A DNA stretch of 64,000 bases from an uncultured cyanobacterium (GCA_963706595.1 OY970166.1:1440001-1504000), one strand, 5' to 3'; positions 53,975-64,000 are shown, counted from the first letter of the stretch. Numbers and translations are program-made. Notes: generated by a model not told the origin, from the sequence alone.

Positions 53975-56900
53975 ATGAAAACAGTCACCGCATTGCAAGC
54001 TCGTTTGGAACATTATTACCAGCAAATCAAGACGATTATTCTAGCGCGTCAAAATCCCATTACTGGTTTGCTTCCTGCGAGTACCGCAATAACCGCCCAC
54101 GGTGATTATACAGATGCTTGGGTACGAGATAACGTTTACAGTATTTTGGCAGTTTGGGGTTTAGCGCTGGCATACCGCAAGATTGACGAAGACAAGGGAC
54201 GCACCTATGAATTAGAGCATAGTGTCACCAAGCTGATGCGGGGGCTACTATTTGCGATGTTGCGTCAATCCCATAAAGTGGAACAATTTAAACATACTCA
54301 GTCGCCCCTGGATGGCTTACACGCCAAATACAACACCGCTACGGCCGATATTGTGGTTGGTGATGATGAATGGGGACATTTGCAACTTGATGCTACATCT
54401 ATATTTTTACTGATGCTGGCACAAATGACCGCTTCGGGATTGCAAATTATTTATACCCTGGATGAAGTAAATTTTGTGCAGAACTTGGTTTACTACATTG
54501 GCCGGGCTTACCGCACACCAGATTACGGTATTTGGGAACGAGGTAATAAAATTAATCATGGTAGTGCGGAGTTAAATGCTAGTTCAGTCGGTATGGCGAA
54601 AGCCGCTTTAGAAGCTATCAATGGACTAGATTTGTTTGGTGTGCGTGGTAGTCAAGCCTCAGTAATTCATGTCCTCCCCGATGAAATCGCCCGCGCCCGA
54701 ATTACTTTGGAATCTCTGTTACCCAGAGAATCGGCTTCTAAAGAAATTGATGCCGCACTATTAAGTATTATTAGTTATCCAGCCTTTGCTATTGAAGATG
54801 TGAAACTGCGCGAACGCACCTTTAATGATATTGTGACTAAACTCCAAGGAAAATACGGCTGCAAACGCTTCTTACGTGATGGACACCAAACGGTTTTGGA
54901 AGATGGCCAACGTTTACATTACGAACCTGGGGAACTGAAGCAATTCGAGCATATTGAATGTGAATGGCCTTTATTTTTCACTTATTTATTTTTAGATGGG
55001 CTATTTCGTGGTGACAGCCAGCAAGTTCAAGATTACCAACAACTTTTACAGTCATTATTAATTGAACGTGATGGAGTGGGTTTATTACCAGAACTTTATT
55101 ATGTACCAGCCGAAAACGTAGAAGCTGAAAGGTTACAACCACAAACTCAAACTCGCGTACCTAATGAAAATGTCCCTTTAGTCTGGGCGCAAAGTTTATA
55201 TTTTCTCGGTCAGCTATTAAATGAAGGCTTACTAGCCGTTGGAGATATTGACCCTCTCGGAAGACATTTGTGTGTCGGAAAAAACCGGGAGGCTTTGGTA
55301 CAAATTGCTTTACTAGCCGAAGACGAAGAGTTACAAGAAAAACTCGAAGTTTATGGAATTGAAACTCAAACACCCAAGCAAGTAGAACCAATTCAAGTCA
55401 GAAAAGCTGGCGAACTTTCCGCTATTTATACTCAAATTGGTAAGAATAATAAACTAGGTTTAACTGGTCGTCCAGTGCGGCGATTGCGGAGTTTGACCAC
55501 ATCTCGATTTTTTCGGATTCACAATGAGACAATTGTCTTTTTACCTTCGTTTTTGGATTCCCAACAGTTTTATTTAACCCTAGATTACCACTTTTTGCTC
55601 GACCAAATCAGAAGTGAATTGGCTTATATTCAAGATTATTGGCTTGATTTAGGTCGTCCGACTCTGACTTTAATGTTGACTCATACCATGTTAGAAATCG
55701 GTTCTGAGGCATTATTAGCACTGATGCAAGAACTGAAAGATGGTGTATGTAATGGTGTCAAGGTAAAATTGGGACGACTAAATCAACTGATGCTGACAGC
55801 CAGGATGCAAAGGATTGATTTTCTCCCAGATGCGGACTTCTCCCAATCACCGATGCAAAACGCCGGACCTCGTTGTTATTACTTAGCTTATCATCCTGGG
55901 GAAAACTGGCGTTTAGGACATACCCAAGAGTTCCAGATGGAATGCGAAACTAACTTGGGATTGTTGCTTTCTTCTTTGCGTTCATCGGAAAATATCTATG
56001 AACAAATTGAGTTATTACAAACTTTAATTCGTTTGCAGGGGCTAACTTTTGATACAGGTTTTGGTGGTCCACAGCGTCCTGTGACAGCAGCCGATTTACT
56101 AGATGAAGTTTACACCAAAGCCGGAGATTTAGGCATTTGGGCGGTAGTCCGTCGGGCGGCGGGATTAAGACAAATGGTTGATATCAGCTTGTCAGATACA
56201 GTCACGAGTATTTTGGTACGGGGTAAACAAATCGCTGTGGGTAGAGCTTACAGTCAATCCTCACTGATTTCTGTACCGATGCCCCACCGGGAAATTACTG
56301 AGAAAATTAATAATTTTTGTCGTGAAGATATTCGCGATCGCGTCCTCACACAAGAGATTATCATTTATCTTGGGGTCTTAATGCGATCGGAACCGGAACT
56401 ATTTCAAGGATTGCTAACTCTGAGAGTCGGCTATCTGATCTTATTAATTACCAGTGAATTAGCGCAAGAATTGGGTGTAACTCAAGATGAAGCCTATGAA
56501 CGCTTAATGGAACTTTCACCCTTTGAGGTGAAAATGCGCTTACATCAAGTATTAACAGGTTACACAGGTATCAGTAAATTATTACGCCAACAGGAATCAC
56601 TGCACGTTAAGCAAAAAGAAACTGATATTGCTTGGGTAGTGCTACCGACTGAAAAACAAGAAAGTCCAGTTCCCCCAGATGGCTGGCGGAGATTTCGCCA
56701 AGCAGAAGGAGGGCTAAACCGCGTCCCCAAAGACTTCTTCCAGCAGGTTTGGCTATTAATGAAACATTGTAAAGGAATTGTAATTGGCGATAAACTAGAG
56801 CGCCGCAATCGTTTAGATAGTGAATTGATTTTATCGGAAATGACCCCAGGCGAAAAGAACTTTGCCCTGAGAATCGAGCATTTACTGAATAAAATTGAAG

Positions 56901-57181
56901 CTCCAGAATACCGCAAAGTCAATATTGAAGCCTTAATGGAACTAGCCACAATTGTCGCCAATAACCCCAGCCTACAAATTGAAGAGTATATAGTATTAGA
57001 CGTATTAATTGGCCATGCAGTCAGATTAGCATGGTTAGAACAACATTCTGAAAGAGGCGATCGCTATGATGAAGATAAAGCCTCAGCCTGGAACTCCTTT
57101 TATAACACCTCACCCCAAGATTCCGTGAACTATATATTGAAAGCCTTCAGATTCTTAACAGAATTTGTCCAAGAGATTTAA
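53975..57181 (+). CDS. GH15-like / phosphorylase kinase alpha-beta family protein
   Basis: AWVRDNVY, HLQLDA, PDYGIWERG, RFLRDG, ECEWP, WAQSL, TPGEKNFA. Confidence 0.9.
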   Translation: MKTVTALQARLEHYYQQIKTIILARQNPITGLLPASTAITAHGDYTDAWVRDNVYSILAVWGLALAYRKIDEDKGRTYELEHSVTKLMRGLLFAMLRQSHKVEQFKHTQSPLDGLHAKYNTATADIVVGDDEWGHLQLDATSIFLLMLAQMTASGLQIIYTLDEVNFVQNLVYYIGRAYRTPDYGIWERGNKINHGSAELNASSVGMAKAALEAINGLDLFGVRGSQASVIHVLPDEIARARITLESLLPRESASKEIDAALLSIISYPAFAIEDVKLRERTFNDIVTKLQGKYGCKRFLRDGHQTVLEDGQRLHYEPGELKQFEHIECEWPLFFTYLFLDGLFRGDSQQVQDYQQLLQSLLIERDGVGLLPELYYVPAENVEAERLQPQTQTRVPNENVPLVWAQSLYFLGQLLNEGLLAVGDIDPLGRHLCVGKNREALVQIALLAEDEELQEKLEVYGIETQTPKQVEPIQVRKAGELSAIYTQIGKNNKLGLTGRPVRRLRSLTTSRFFRIHNETIVFLPSFLDSQQFYLTLDYHFLLDQIRSELAYIQDYWLDLGRPTLTLMLTHTMLEIGSEALLALMQELKDGVCNGVKVKLGRLNQLMLTARMQRIDFLPDADFSQSPMQNAGPRCYYLAYHPGENWRLGHTQEFQMECETNLGLLLSSLRSSENIYEQIELLQTLIRLQGLTFDTGFGGPQRPVTAADLLDEVYTKAGDLGIWAVVRRAAGLRQMVDISLSDTVTSILVRGKQIAVGRAYSQSSLISVPMPHREITEKINNFCREDIRDRVLTQEIIIYLGVLMRSEPELFQGLLTLRVGYLILLITSELAQELGVTQDEAYERLMELSPFEVKMRLHQVLTGYTGISKLLRQQESLHVKQKETDIAWVVLPTEKQESPVPPDGWRRFRQAEGGLNRVPKDFFQQVWLLMKHCKGIVIGDKLERRNRLDSELILSEMTPGEKNFALRIEHLLNKIEAPEYRKVNIEALMELATIVANNPSLQIEEYIVLDVLIGHAVRLAWLEQHSERGDRYDEDKASAWNSFYNTSPQDSVNYILKAFRFLTEFVQEI

Positions 57182-57275
57182 ACGCAGAGTCACGCTAAGG
57201 GAAACGCAAAGTAGCGCAGAGCCAGATTCTTCTTTGCGAACCTCTGCGCGAACCTTTGCGAACCTTTGCGTTTAA
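57178..57275. terminator. Inverted arrays of CGCAGAG/CGCAAAG-type repeats between convergent genes (likely bidirectional terminator)
   Basis: TTAAACGCAGAG... facing ...CTTTGCGTTTAA. Confidence 0.55.
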
Positions 57276-57279
57276 ACTC

Positions 57280-57561
57280 TTACTCAACAGATACAGCATC
57301 CACATCAACAGTTTCAGAGCTAGGTTCCTCAGAACCCTGACCAGCCTTCCAAGCAGCGAGGGCTAACCCAGACAGCTCAGAAAATAGCACGGACAACAGC
57401 AAAACGTCATCAATTTGACCGAGAATGGGTATAAAATCAGGAGCAATATCTATAGGGCTGAGAATATAAAGCAGTGTTGCTAAAACTACCCACCAACGAT
57501 ACATGGGATTACGAAGCAAATTGCGATACCAATCGTACAGTAATGGAATTGAAAATTTCAT
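57280..57561 (-). CDS. YkvA/DUF1232 family protein
   Basis: YILSPIDIAPDFIPILGQIDD signature. Confidence 0.93.
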   Translation of the reverse strand: MKFSIPLLYDWYRNLLRNPMYRWWVVLATLLYILSPIDIAPDFIPILGQIDDVLLLSVLFSELSGLALAAWKAGQGSEEPSSETVDVDAVSVE

Positions 57562-57817
57562 GTCTTGATTCTCCAGTTATTTTTAATTTTGACAAATTAT
57601 TTTAGAAGTTCCCGGTAGAAATAACCGCCCCACCTTCTAATTTTACATTTTTGCCCGTATTGTGTTAATTTAATACATATTGCCAACGGTGTTTAAGTAA
57701 TATCCATAAGGTAGAGCGTGATGGTATTCGCTAGTACTGGATGTTTTAAAAGATTTAGATGATTTAGAAAATACCTATATGCAACTTTTGGCTCTATACT
57801 TTTTGTGATTTTCATCT

Positions 57818-58372
57818 ATGGAAGAAACAGTTCACGAATACTTTTTCAGAAACTTTACCGTAGTAACGGCAACTATATCCGCCGCAGATTCCCTTCCTGA
57901 GACATCCGGTATTTATGCTTTCTATCATGCGTTTGATTTTTTAGAAAACAACTTGTCTGAGTATATAGATACTCGTATAAAAAATACAGTATTTAAAACA
58001 AAGTTCTCTGAGAAAGATAACAGAAGTAAGTTTATTGTCGATACTTGTGGAGAGTCAGTTGGGTTGTCTCCAAAAATGGAGCAATTTATCAAAGCTGTTT
58101 CTCAGCCGAAAGAACGAAGAATTTTAAAAAATCTCCTAATCTCATGTAGCATTCTGCAACGCCCAGATTACATTGGTACTGCAATCAACTTAAGAAATAG
58201 ATTTATTCAGCATTTAGAACGAGACGATGGTTTTTTCTCAAAGTACGCAGAATCAAGGCAGAATGATGAATTTTTATTCATTTGTTTACCTTGCCCAAAA
58301 AACATTTCTAGAGAGTTAGAAAGTCTGTTAATTCAACTATGTCAGCCTAAGTTTAATACACAAAGAAGTTAA
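57818..58372 (+). CDS. GIY-YIG nuclease-like protein with a long insert
   Basis: GIY (aa 31-33), YIG (118-120), NLRNRFIQH, catalytic-type E168, PKFN (N180). Confidence 0.75.
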   Translation: MEETVHEYFFRNFTVVTATISAADSLPETSGIYAFYHAFDFLENNLSEYIDTRIKNTVFKTKFSEKDNRSKFIVDTCGESVGLSPKMEQFIKAVSQPKERRILKNLLISCSILQRPDYIGTAINLRNRFIQHLERDDGFFSKYAESRQNDEFLFICLPCPKNISRELESLLIQLCQPKFNTQRS

Positions 58373-58375
58373 AAA

Positions 58376-59992
58376 ATGGAATTAGATAATCAGTCTCCAG
58401 AGACTATAGAATATAAGGCAATCAGTGGTAACTTTGGTGAGGTTAGGTACTTCATAACAACTCTTGATCAAAGTGATGCCGTTGAAAACCTTAGATTTGC
58501 TGATGATATTCAAGGCAGTTGGAGTTTTTCTGAACGCGTTCAAAGAAAACTAGATGAAAATAGGGCAAATACAGAAATATTCTCTTACCTAGCGCAGGGT
58601 GGAATTCGCTTTTTTAATTCAATTGTAGTCGTACTTTTGCCAAACTCGAATGATCAAAGAGAATTTTGGGACTTCTCTACAGTTAGTAGTCAGGGAAAAA
58701 CTGTTGAAAAATGGGTTAATTTAAAGCTATATAAGAATGTAGCTAGAATTGTCATTGATGGTCAACATAGACTTCTTTCATTAAAGAGACATTGGAATGC
58801 CCATACGGGAAAAGAGCCTTTGAACACTCAACAAATCAAGGAAAATTTCAGTTGTTTAGATACCTTTGATATACCAGTCGTTTATCTAGTGTTTGGAAAT
58901 CTTGGCAGAGTTGGTCATTCAGAGTTAAGCGAAACTGTAAGAGATGAGATAATTAAAGCAACTCGTAATATATTTACAGTTATAAACAAGACTGCAAAAT
59001 CAATTGATAAACAAACTCAATTATTACTTGATGACAGTAAAATATCCGCATTAATTCCTAGAAAACTTTTAGAGGAAGGAGTTCTTGAAGATAGATTCGT
59101 TAAATGGTCTTCCAAATCCCGAAATTTAACGCAATCAGAACCTTACCTAACGACTCTAGACTTGGTGAGCCAATGTACTATTGAACTATTGAAAGATTAT
59201 CCAAAGCAAGCTTTAAAAAAATCATTCAATTCACCAACAGAGCGTAATATTGCTCTGGAAACTTATTATGAATCTCATCCTAAACTTCATGAAATAGGTA
59301 CAAAAGTATTGCTTAAGTGGTTTTTCACTGAACTTCAGCCATTCAAGGATTGGGTATCTCAGATTAGCTACGTAGGTATAAATATTCCTATTCAACCGGA
59401 GCAACCTCGATTAAATGCAAGTCAAAAAGCAAGTCTAAAAAAATTACGAGAGTCCAGCATTTTGTATACTGTTCTAGGGCAAAAAATTCTTTTTTTCGCT
59501 ATTTCACGCTTCTTGCTTGGAAAATTAAGCGCGGAGTATCGTATTCCAAAAACTCTTAACGCCATCTCCCTTAGTATTACTAAAATGGATAAAGATGGTT
59601 TTTTCGGACGAGATCAATCTCATTGGTCTCATGTTCTAGTGGGGACAAATGAAAACCTAACCATAATAACTAGAGGATCTGGATATGAGAAATGTATAGA
59701 ACTTATTAGAATGATATTATCTAATTCCTCTGATGGCGTGAGAGAATTGATAAAGCGTACTAAAGAAGATGTAAGCAATGAGGTTAACTGGAATGAAAAT
59801 CAGATTTCCACTTGGAGAAAAGATTTTCATGTGATATTACCTGAAGTGGAATTCATTGATGAGCAGATAAAGGAATCTTCTCAATCAGATGACTCCTTTG
59901 CTGAAGTTCGAGATTTGCTTGACTCTTCTGAGGAGGACGAAGAGGAATCTGATGAAATTGAAGATGATGAGGATATTTTTAAAGAAACTTGA
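58376..59992 (+). CDS. DGQHR-domain (DndB/ParB-like) protein with an acidic C-terminal tail
   Basis: VQR (55-57), FFNSIVV, IDGQHRL (DGQHR at 128-132), FTVINKTAK; Asp/Glu-rich end. Confidence 0.85.
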   Translation: MELDNQSPETIEYKAISGNFGEVRYFITTLDQSDAVENLRFADDIQGSWSFSERVQRKLDENRANTEIFSYLAQGGIRFFNSIVVVLLPNSNDQREFWDFSTVSSQGKTVEKWVNLKLYKNVARIVIDGQHRLLSLKRHWNAHTGKEPLNTQQIKENFSCLDTFDIPVVYLVFGNLGRVGHSELSETVRDEIIKATRNIFTVINKTAKSIDKQTQLLLDDSKISALIPRKLLEEGVLEDRFVKWSSKSRNLTQSEPYLTTLDLVSQCTIELLKDYPKQALKKSFNSPTERNIALETYYESHPKLHEIGTKVLLKWFFTELQPFKDWVSQISYVGINIPIQPEQPRLNASQKASLKKLRESSILYTVLGQKILFFAISRFLLGKLSAEYRIPKTLNAISLSITKMDKDGFFGRDQSHWSHVLVGTNENLTIITRGSGYEKCIELIRMILSNSSDGVRELIKRTKEDVSNEVNWNENQISTWRKDFHVILPEVEFIDEQIKESSQSDDSFAEVRDLLDSSEEDEEESDEIEDDEDIFKET

Positions 59993-60381
59993 TAACCACT
60001 ATTGCTAATGCGATCGCTATTCCCGCAGAAGGAAATGATTTCAAACCTTTCTTTCAGCGATGTGGCAAATGTTACTCTATCAAAGAACAAGATGGTTGCT
60101 CTATGTGCGGTTAGCCGATAAACCCAGCATTGACATTGAACCCTTTGCTATCCCTCACTACAGACAAACAATTCTGGCAACATTACCCATTAGCACTGAA
60201 CTGTTATCAGAATTGAAAATCAAATGCTCTGCCCCAGGTAGTATGGAAGACGCTAGTGTTTATCTGTCGTTAAATATCTGTCCGACGATTTTGTATAAGA
60301 ATATGGTAATCATGCATTAATCTTTAAAATTAAAATGCTTTGGGATTGTTGCTGTAGAAGTGGAGGGAGGAAACCTAACCA

Positions 60382-61150
60382 GTGGATATTTTAGATTTGT
60401 TTGAAAAGGGCGGGCCAGCCATGTGGCCCTCTGCTTGTCTTGTCAGTGCTGTCGATCAGTGTGATTTTCGAGCGCCTGTGGTTCTGGTTGCGAATCATGA
60501 CTCAAGAAAAGGAAATAGTGGATCGTGTCCTCAAAGCTGCCCAGGATAGTTGGGAAGTAGCGGCGAATATTGCCAGAAATGCCAGCCATCAGCCTGTGGG
60601 ACGGTTTCTCTATGCCCCCTTAAGCTACCCGAAACGTGACCCAGAAACCTTTCGACTAGCACTGGAGTCCACCGCCGAAGATGAATTAGCAGGAATGCGC
60701 CGGGGTGAAAAACTTTTAGAAGCCATAATCGCCCTCTCACCTCTGTTGGGATTGCTGGGGACAGTTTTGGGTTTAATCCAGTCCTTGCGTTCAATTCGCA
60801 TTGGCGATTTGGGAACCGAATCTACTGCTGGTGTGACTACTGGTATTGGTGAATCTTTAATCAGTACTGCTACTGGATTGATAGTTGCGATTATCAGTTT
60901 GGTCTTTTATCGTCTATTCCAAAGTTTTGTAGTTGACCAAGTTAAAATTTTTCGCAAAGCGGGAAATGAGATGGAATTGTTATATCGTCAGTCTCCGCCT
61001 GACTATGACAAAATTGCCTCAGTCATCGTGGAGGAATCTTCACGAGAAAGTGCTGATCCTCCCCGCAAGCGAGATAAAAAACTGTTTCCTAAACCTCCTG
61101 AACCCACGAATACTCCTGATTCCTTAGATCCTGTAGATCCTGAGAAATAG
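60382..61150 (+). pseudogene. exbB: MotA/TolQ/ExbB proton channel protein with an apparent +1 frameshift at 60427-60429
   Basis: GGAGGGAGG then GTG at 60382 reads VDILDLFEKGGPAMWP. The body (LLVLSVLS...PLLGLLGTVLG...GIGESL) is in another frame; removing one C from CCC joins them. Confidence 0.75.
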
Positions 61151-61189
61151 TTAAGAATTCCCCACTTGAACCAGGCGTAATGTGAAACG

Positions 61190-61771
61190 ATGAAAGTTAA
61201 TCTCCAAACTCCAGTTGAAGAAACACAAATTCAAATCCTCCCGTTAATTGATGTCGTTTTTTGTATCCTGACGTTTTTTCTGTTAGCAGCTTTGCAATTT
61301 ACTCGACAACAGGCAATTAATATTGATTTGCCCAAAGCTAGTACAAGTACAGTTGCTGGTGCTACGTCACAGAGTGCTACTCAAATTGTCACTATTGATG
61401 CTGTTGGTAATCTTTACATCGAAAAACAGCCTGTACAACGAGAACAGTTAGCACAAGGCTTAAGGCAATATCTCCAAGCTAATCCTGGTGGAACTTTAGT
61501 GCTAAATGCATCACGCACAGCCACCTATAATGATGTGATTGAAATCTTAGATTTGATGCGGCAAGTAGGAGGCGATCGCGTATCCTTGGGGATTATCCCC
61601 GGCCCATCTCAACTACCCAACGACTCATTTAATCCCCCTAACTTTCCCATGAGTCCGGGAGAATTACCTGCACCAGTTCCGGGAGTTAATCCTGATTTGA
61701 TGTCTCCCGTTCTGCCCAACGAACTAGCGCCCCAAATACCTGTAGCACCTGAAACAACTCCTACCCCTTAA
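61190..61771 (+). CDS. exbD: ExbD/TolR family protein
   Basis: ILPLIDVVFCILTFF, IDLPKA, Pro-rich tail. Confidence 0.92.
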   Translation: MKVNLQTPVEETQIQILPLIDVVFCILTFFLLAALQFTRQQAINIDLPKASTSTVAGATSQSATQIVTIDAVGNLYIEKQPVQREQLAQGLRQYLQANPGGTLVLNASRTATYNDVIEILDLMRQVGGDRVSLGIIPGPSQLPNDSFNPPNFPMSPGELPAPVPGVNPDLMSPVLPNELAPQIPVAPETTPTP

Positions 61772-62020
61772 AGGTGAGGTTGATGAACAAAAAGACAAAA
61801 TTTCTCCTGAAAGTGCGGATTTAATTAAGTACAAAACCTCACCCCCAACCCCTCTCCTTACCAAGGAGAGGGGAGGTAAACCTAAAGATATCCGAAATAA
61901 ATTCTGTTTATAAAAAAATATCTGTTAATTTACAAATAATTGGTTAAGCTTCAAAAATTTCTTTATCGTCAGACTTAGTAATTTAGCGCCAATTACCGTT
62001 CGCGTTTCAAGGTTTGTGGC

Positions 62021-62383
62021 ATGAATATTGTGACGCTTTTAATTGTTTGGGTAGTAACATCTATCAGCTTGTTGATTATTAGTAGGCTGCCCTTCGGAGT
62101 TGAGGTTGACTCTCCACAAAAAGCCTTTTTTGCGGCCGCAGTTCTCGGTATTGTCACAGCAGTAGTAAGACCAATTTTAAGCCTCATATTTACATTACCA
62201 GACTTACTTACTCTTAACTTGTTATCCGGCATTTTCACTTTTATGATTGCCGTTGTGTGTTTTAGTATCGCGGCTTGGCTAGTTGAAGGGTTTCGCCTAC
62301 GTTTTGGAATCTGGAGTGCTGTACTAGGGGCTTTTGCTCTGACTATCATCAACAGCCTGATTTACAAATTGTTAGGCGTGTAA
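62021..62383 (+). CDS. YvlD/DUF360 (phage holin 4 family) membrane protein
   Basis: 4 TM segments; VRPIL...TL and LVEGF motifs. Confidence 0.85.
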   Translation: MNIVTLLIVWVVTSISLLIISRLPFGVEVDSPQKAFFAAAVLGIVTAVVRPILSLIFTLPDLLTLNLLSGIFTFMIAVVCFSIAAWLVEGFRLRFGIWSAVLGAFALTIINSLIYKLLGV

Positions 62384-62392
62384 ATAATTATT

Positions 62393-62510
62393 AATTCGTA
62401 GTTCGTAATTCGTAATTAATTAAGGTTACAACTCCTCAATCTATTTATGGAAAAAATAAAGTTTTTTCCGTAGATAACAATTACGAATTACGAGTTATCA
62501 ATTACGAATT
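62393..62510. repeat. Inverted STRR arrays (AATTCGT)n / (ACGAATT)n with a central hairpin between convergent genes
   Basis: Facing arrays around TATGGAAAAAA...TTTTTTCCGTA. Confidence 0.75.
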
Positions 62511-63210
62511 ATTCAGTTGGGGGAGCAACTGGGGTACTTGTTTGTTGTAGACGCTGTTCGCGTTTTTTGCGATCAGCCGAAAGCATATCTGCCATCACTA
62601 TGAGCGCTTGAGCCATCTTTTCTAGGTTAGAACTGTATAGTTCCAAATCCTTGCTGAGTTTTTCATCAGATAGATGTAAGCCCGCCGCAATAGCTTTGAA
62701 TGCCTCAGTCCGTTGCTTTTCATCCTTGACTAATTCCGGATCGGACTGTTCTAACAACGTGAATAAACCAACTGCAAATAAACGGCTGTATTTAAACTCA
62801 GGATTGTTAGCGATCGCTTGCAATTGTGCTTGCAAGTCAGAATCTCGATCCAAATGAGTGGTTTGGCTTAACCATGCAATTAAATCATTCCCTGCTAGGT
62901 CTTTAGCTATAGCTTGTAGCCGTTCAGCATCCTGACGGTAGCGTTGCGGATCTTGTTCTAAAGCTTGACATAAGGATTGGAAAATCGATTCCTGATCTCG
63001 TTCTGGTAGGTAGCCTTGCATAAAGCGGTCAAAGCTTGTGACGACACCCAAGGCATAAATTGGATTGTAGGTAAAACCGCTATTGACTGATAGTAGATGC
63101 ATTTCTACCATCAACTCTTCTACCACCCGACGATAAATTGTGTTAATTGGCCGGGTGTGAAGAGAGTAAAAAGCTCGCTTTGTATCTGAAACAGTACGGA
63201 CGTTATTCAC
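62509..63210 (-). CDS. thf1: Photosystem II biogenesis protein Psb29/THF1
   Basis: RTVSDTKRAF, YRRVVEELMVEMHL, YSRLFAVGL, KDLELY. Confidence 0.96.
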   Translation of the reverse strand: MNNVRTVSDTKRAFYSLHTRPINTIYRRVVEELMVEMHLLSVNSGFTYNPIYALGVVTSFDRFMQGYLPERDQESIFQSLCQALEQDPQRYRQDAERLQAIAKDLAGNDLIAWLSQTTHLDRDSDLQAQLQAIANNPEFKYSRLFAVGLFTLLEQSDPELVKDEKQRTEAFKAIAAGLHLSDEKLSKDLELYSSNLEKMAQALIVMADMLSADRKKREQRLQQTSTPVAPPTE

Positions 63211-63303
63211 AAATAAAATGTTAAGAATGTTAAGGGCGACGTTATTATATTTTGTCGCTTAAAGGCTACTTTGCCAAGTTCAGGTTTCCGATCAGTGTCA
63301 TCT

Positions 63304-63900
63304 ATGAGTTTTGCGCCAAATTTAATTGCCCTGGGTAAGTATTTAGCTGGTAAATTCGATAATCGAGAACAAGCTTTAGCAGATTCGGCTTGGTTTGTGC
63401 ATCTACATCTTTGGCAAAGACCAGTGGATCTGTTTACAGAAGACAGTATCACCTTGTTTGCCGAGCAAGCTAATATTGTCAAACTAGACCATCCCTATCG
63501 CCAGCGAATTATGCGGTTGATGTCGGGAAGCACCTCTGATGCACCATTGCAGCTACAATACTATATGTTCAAAGATCCCAGCGCCTTCAGTGGTGCAGGT
63601 CATAATCCGGCTTTACTCAAAGCATTGACGGTGGATCAATTAGACTTACTACCAGGCTGCATCCTCACAGTTAGCCAACAAACATTAGCTGTAAACAGCT
63701 ATAAATTTACTGCTACTCAACCTCCAAATACTCGTTGCTGCTTTAGTTATCTTAACCAGACTGTCCAAGTTGCTTTGGGATTTGCAGCCACAGCCGCAGA
63801 ATTTAACAGCTACGACAAAGGAATTGACTCTGATACTGGAAAAGCCACCTGGGGAGCAATATTAGGGCCTTATCGCTACACCAAGCGAGAACAGTATTGA
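63304..63900 (+). CDS. CpcT/CpeT-family chromophore lyase
   Basis: LAGKFDNREQA, FAEQ, PYRQR, LPGC, SYDKG, WGA motifs. ATG at 63304. Confidence 0.9.
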   Translation: MSFAPNLIALGKYLAGKFDNREQALADSAWFVHLHLWQRPVDLFTEDSITLFAEQANIVKLDHPYRQRIMRLMSGSTSDAPLQLQYYMFKDPSAFSGAGHNPALLKALTVDQLDLLPGCILTVSQQTLAVNSYKFTATQPPNTRCCFSYLNQTVQVALGFAATAAEFNSYDKGIDSDTGKATWGAILGPYRYTKREQY

Positions 63901-64000
63901 AACTCTGTAGTTTCTTGTGAAGACGCGATTAATCGCGTCTCTACCAAGCAGTCTCTCAACTGGCGATACTACGAGGTACACCTTCTAAAGCTTCCTCTTG

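Noticed and set aside
60060..60320. 86-aa ORF, plus an overlapping CxxC...CxxC reading in another frame after the DGQHR gene
   Set aside because: No recognisable family, no clear RBS, and no start codon for the Cys frame. It may be a gene relic, but I cannot support that.
62021..62383. Holin-family gene as evidence of a prophage
   Set aside because: YvlD-type membrane proteins are common chromosomal genes, and no phage genes lie nearby.

Overview
Chromosomal window from a filamentous, probably heterocyst-forming (Nostocales-like) cyanobacterium. The basis is frequent HIP1 (GCGATCGC) sites, heptamer STRR repeats, CP12, thf1/psb29 and a CpcT-type lyase. 0.2-18.4 kb is a Wzy-dependent exopolysaccharide cluster joined to a signalling block: STAS-fused priming glycosyltransferase, anti-sigma kinase, STAS protein, H-NOX, a hybrid histidine kinase with a dual-Cys cyanobacteriochrome GAF, and a REC-PP2C phosphatase. 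Next come an orphan adenine methyltransferase and a tRNA-Met(CAT) with a decayed integrase fragment at its 3' end. Most of the rest is housekeeping (uvrA with a LexA box, xfp, murJ, LCP, manC, guaA, cbiD, trmB, ygfZ, exbBD). Two AT-rich accessory cassettes, with no HIP1 seen by eye, are the best candidates for undescribed systems. The first (39.8-44.1 kb, downstream of guaA) encodes a frameshift-split dynamin-like GTPase, a second TRAFAC GTPase and a membrane-anchored protein. The second (57.8-60.0 kb) encodes a GIY-YIG nuclease with a long insert plus a DGQHR/DndB-like protein, with no dnd genes in the window. All calls come from motif recognition by eye; no database searches were run.
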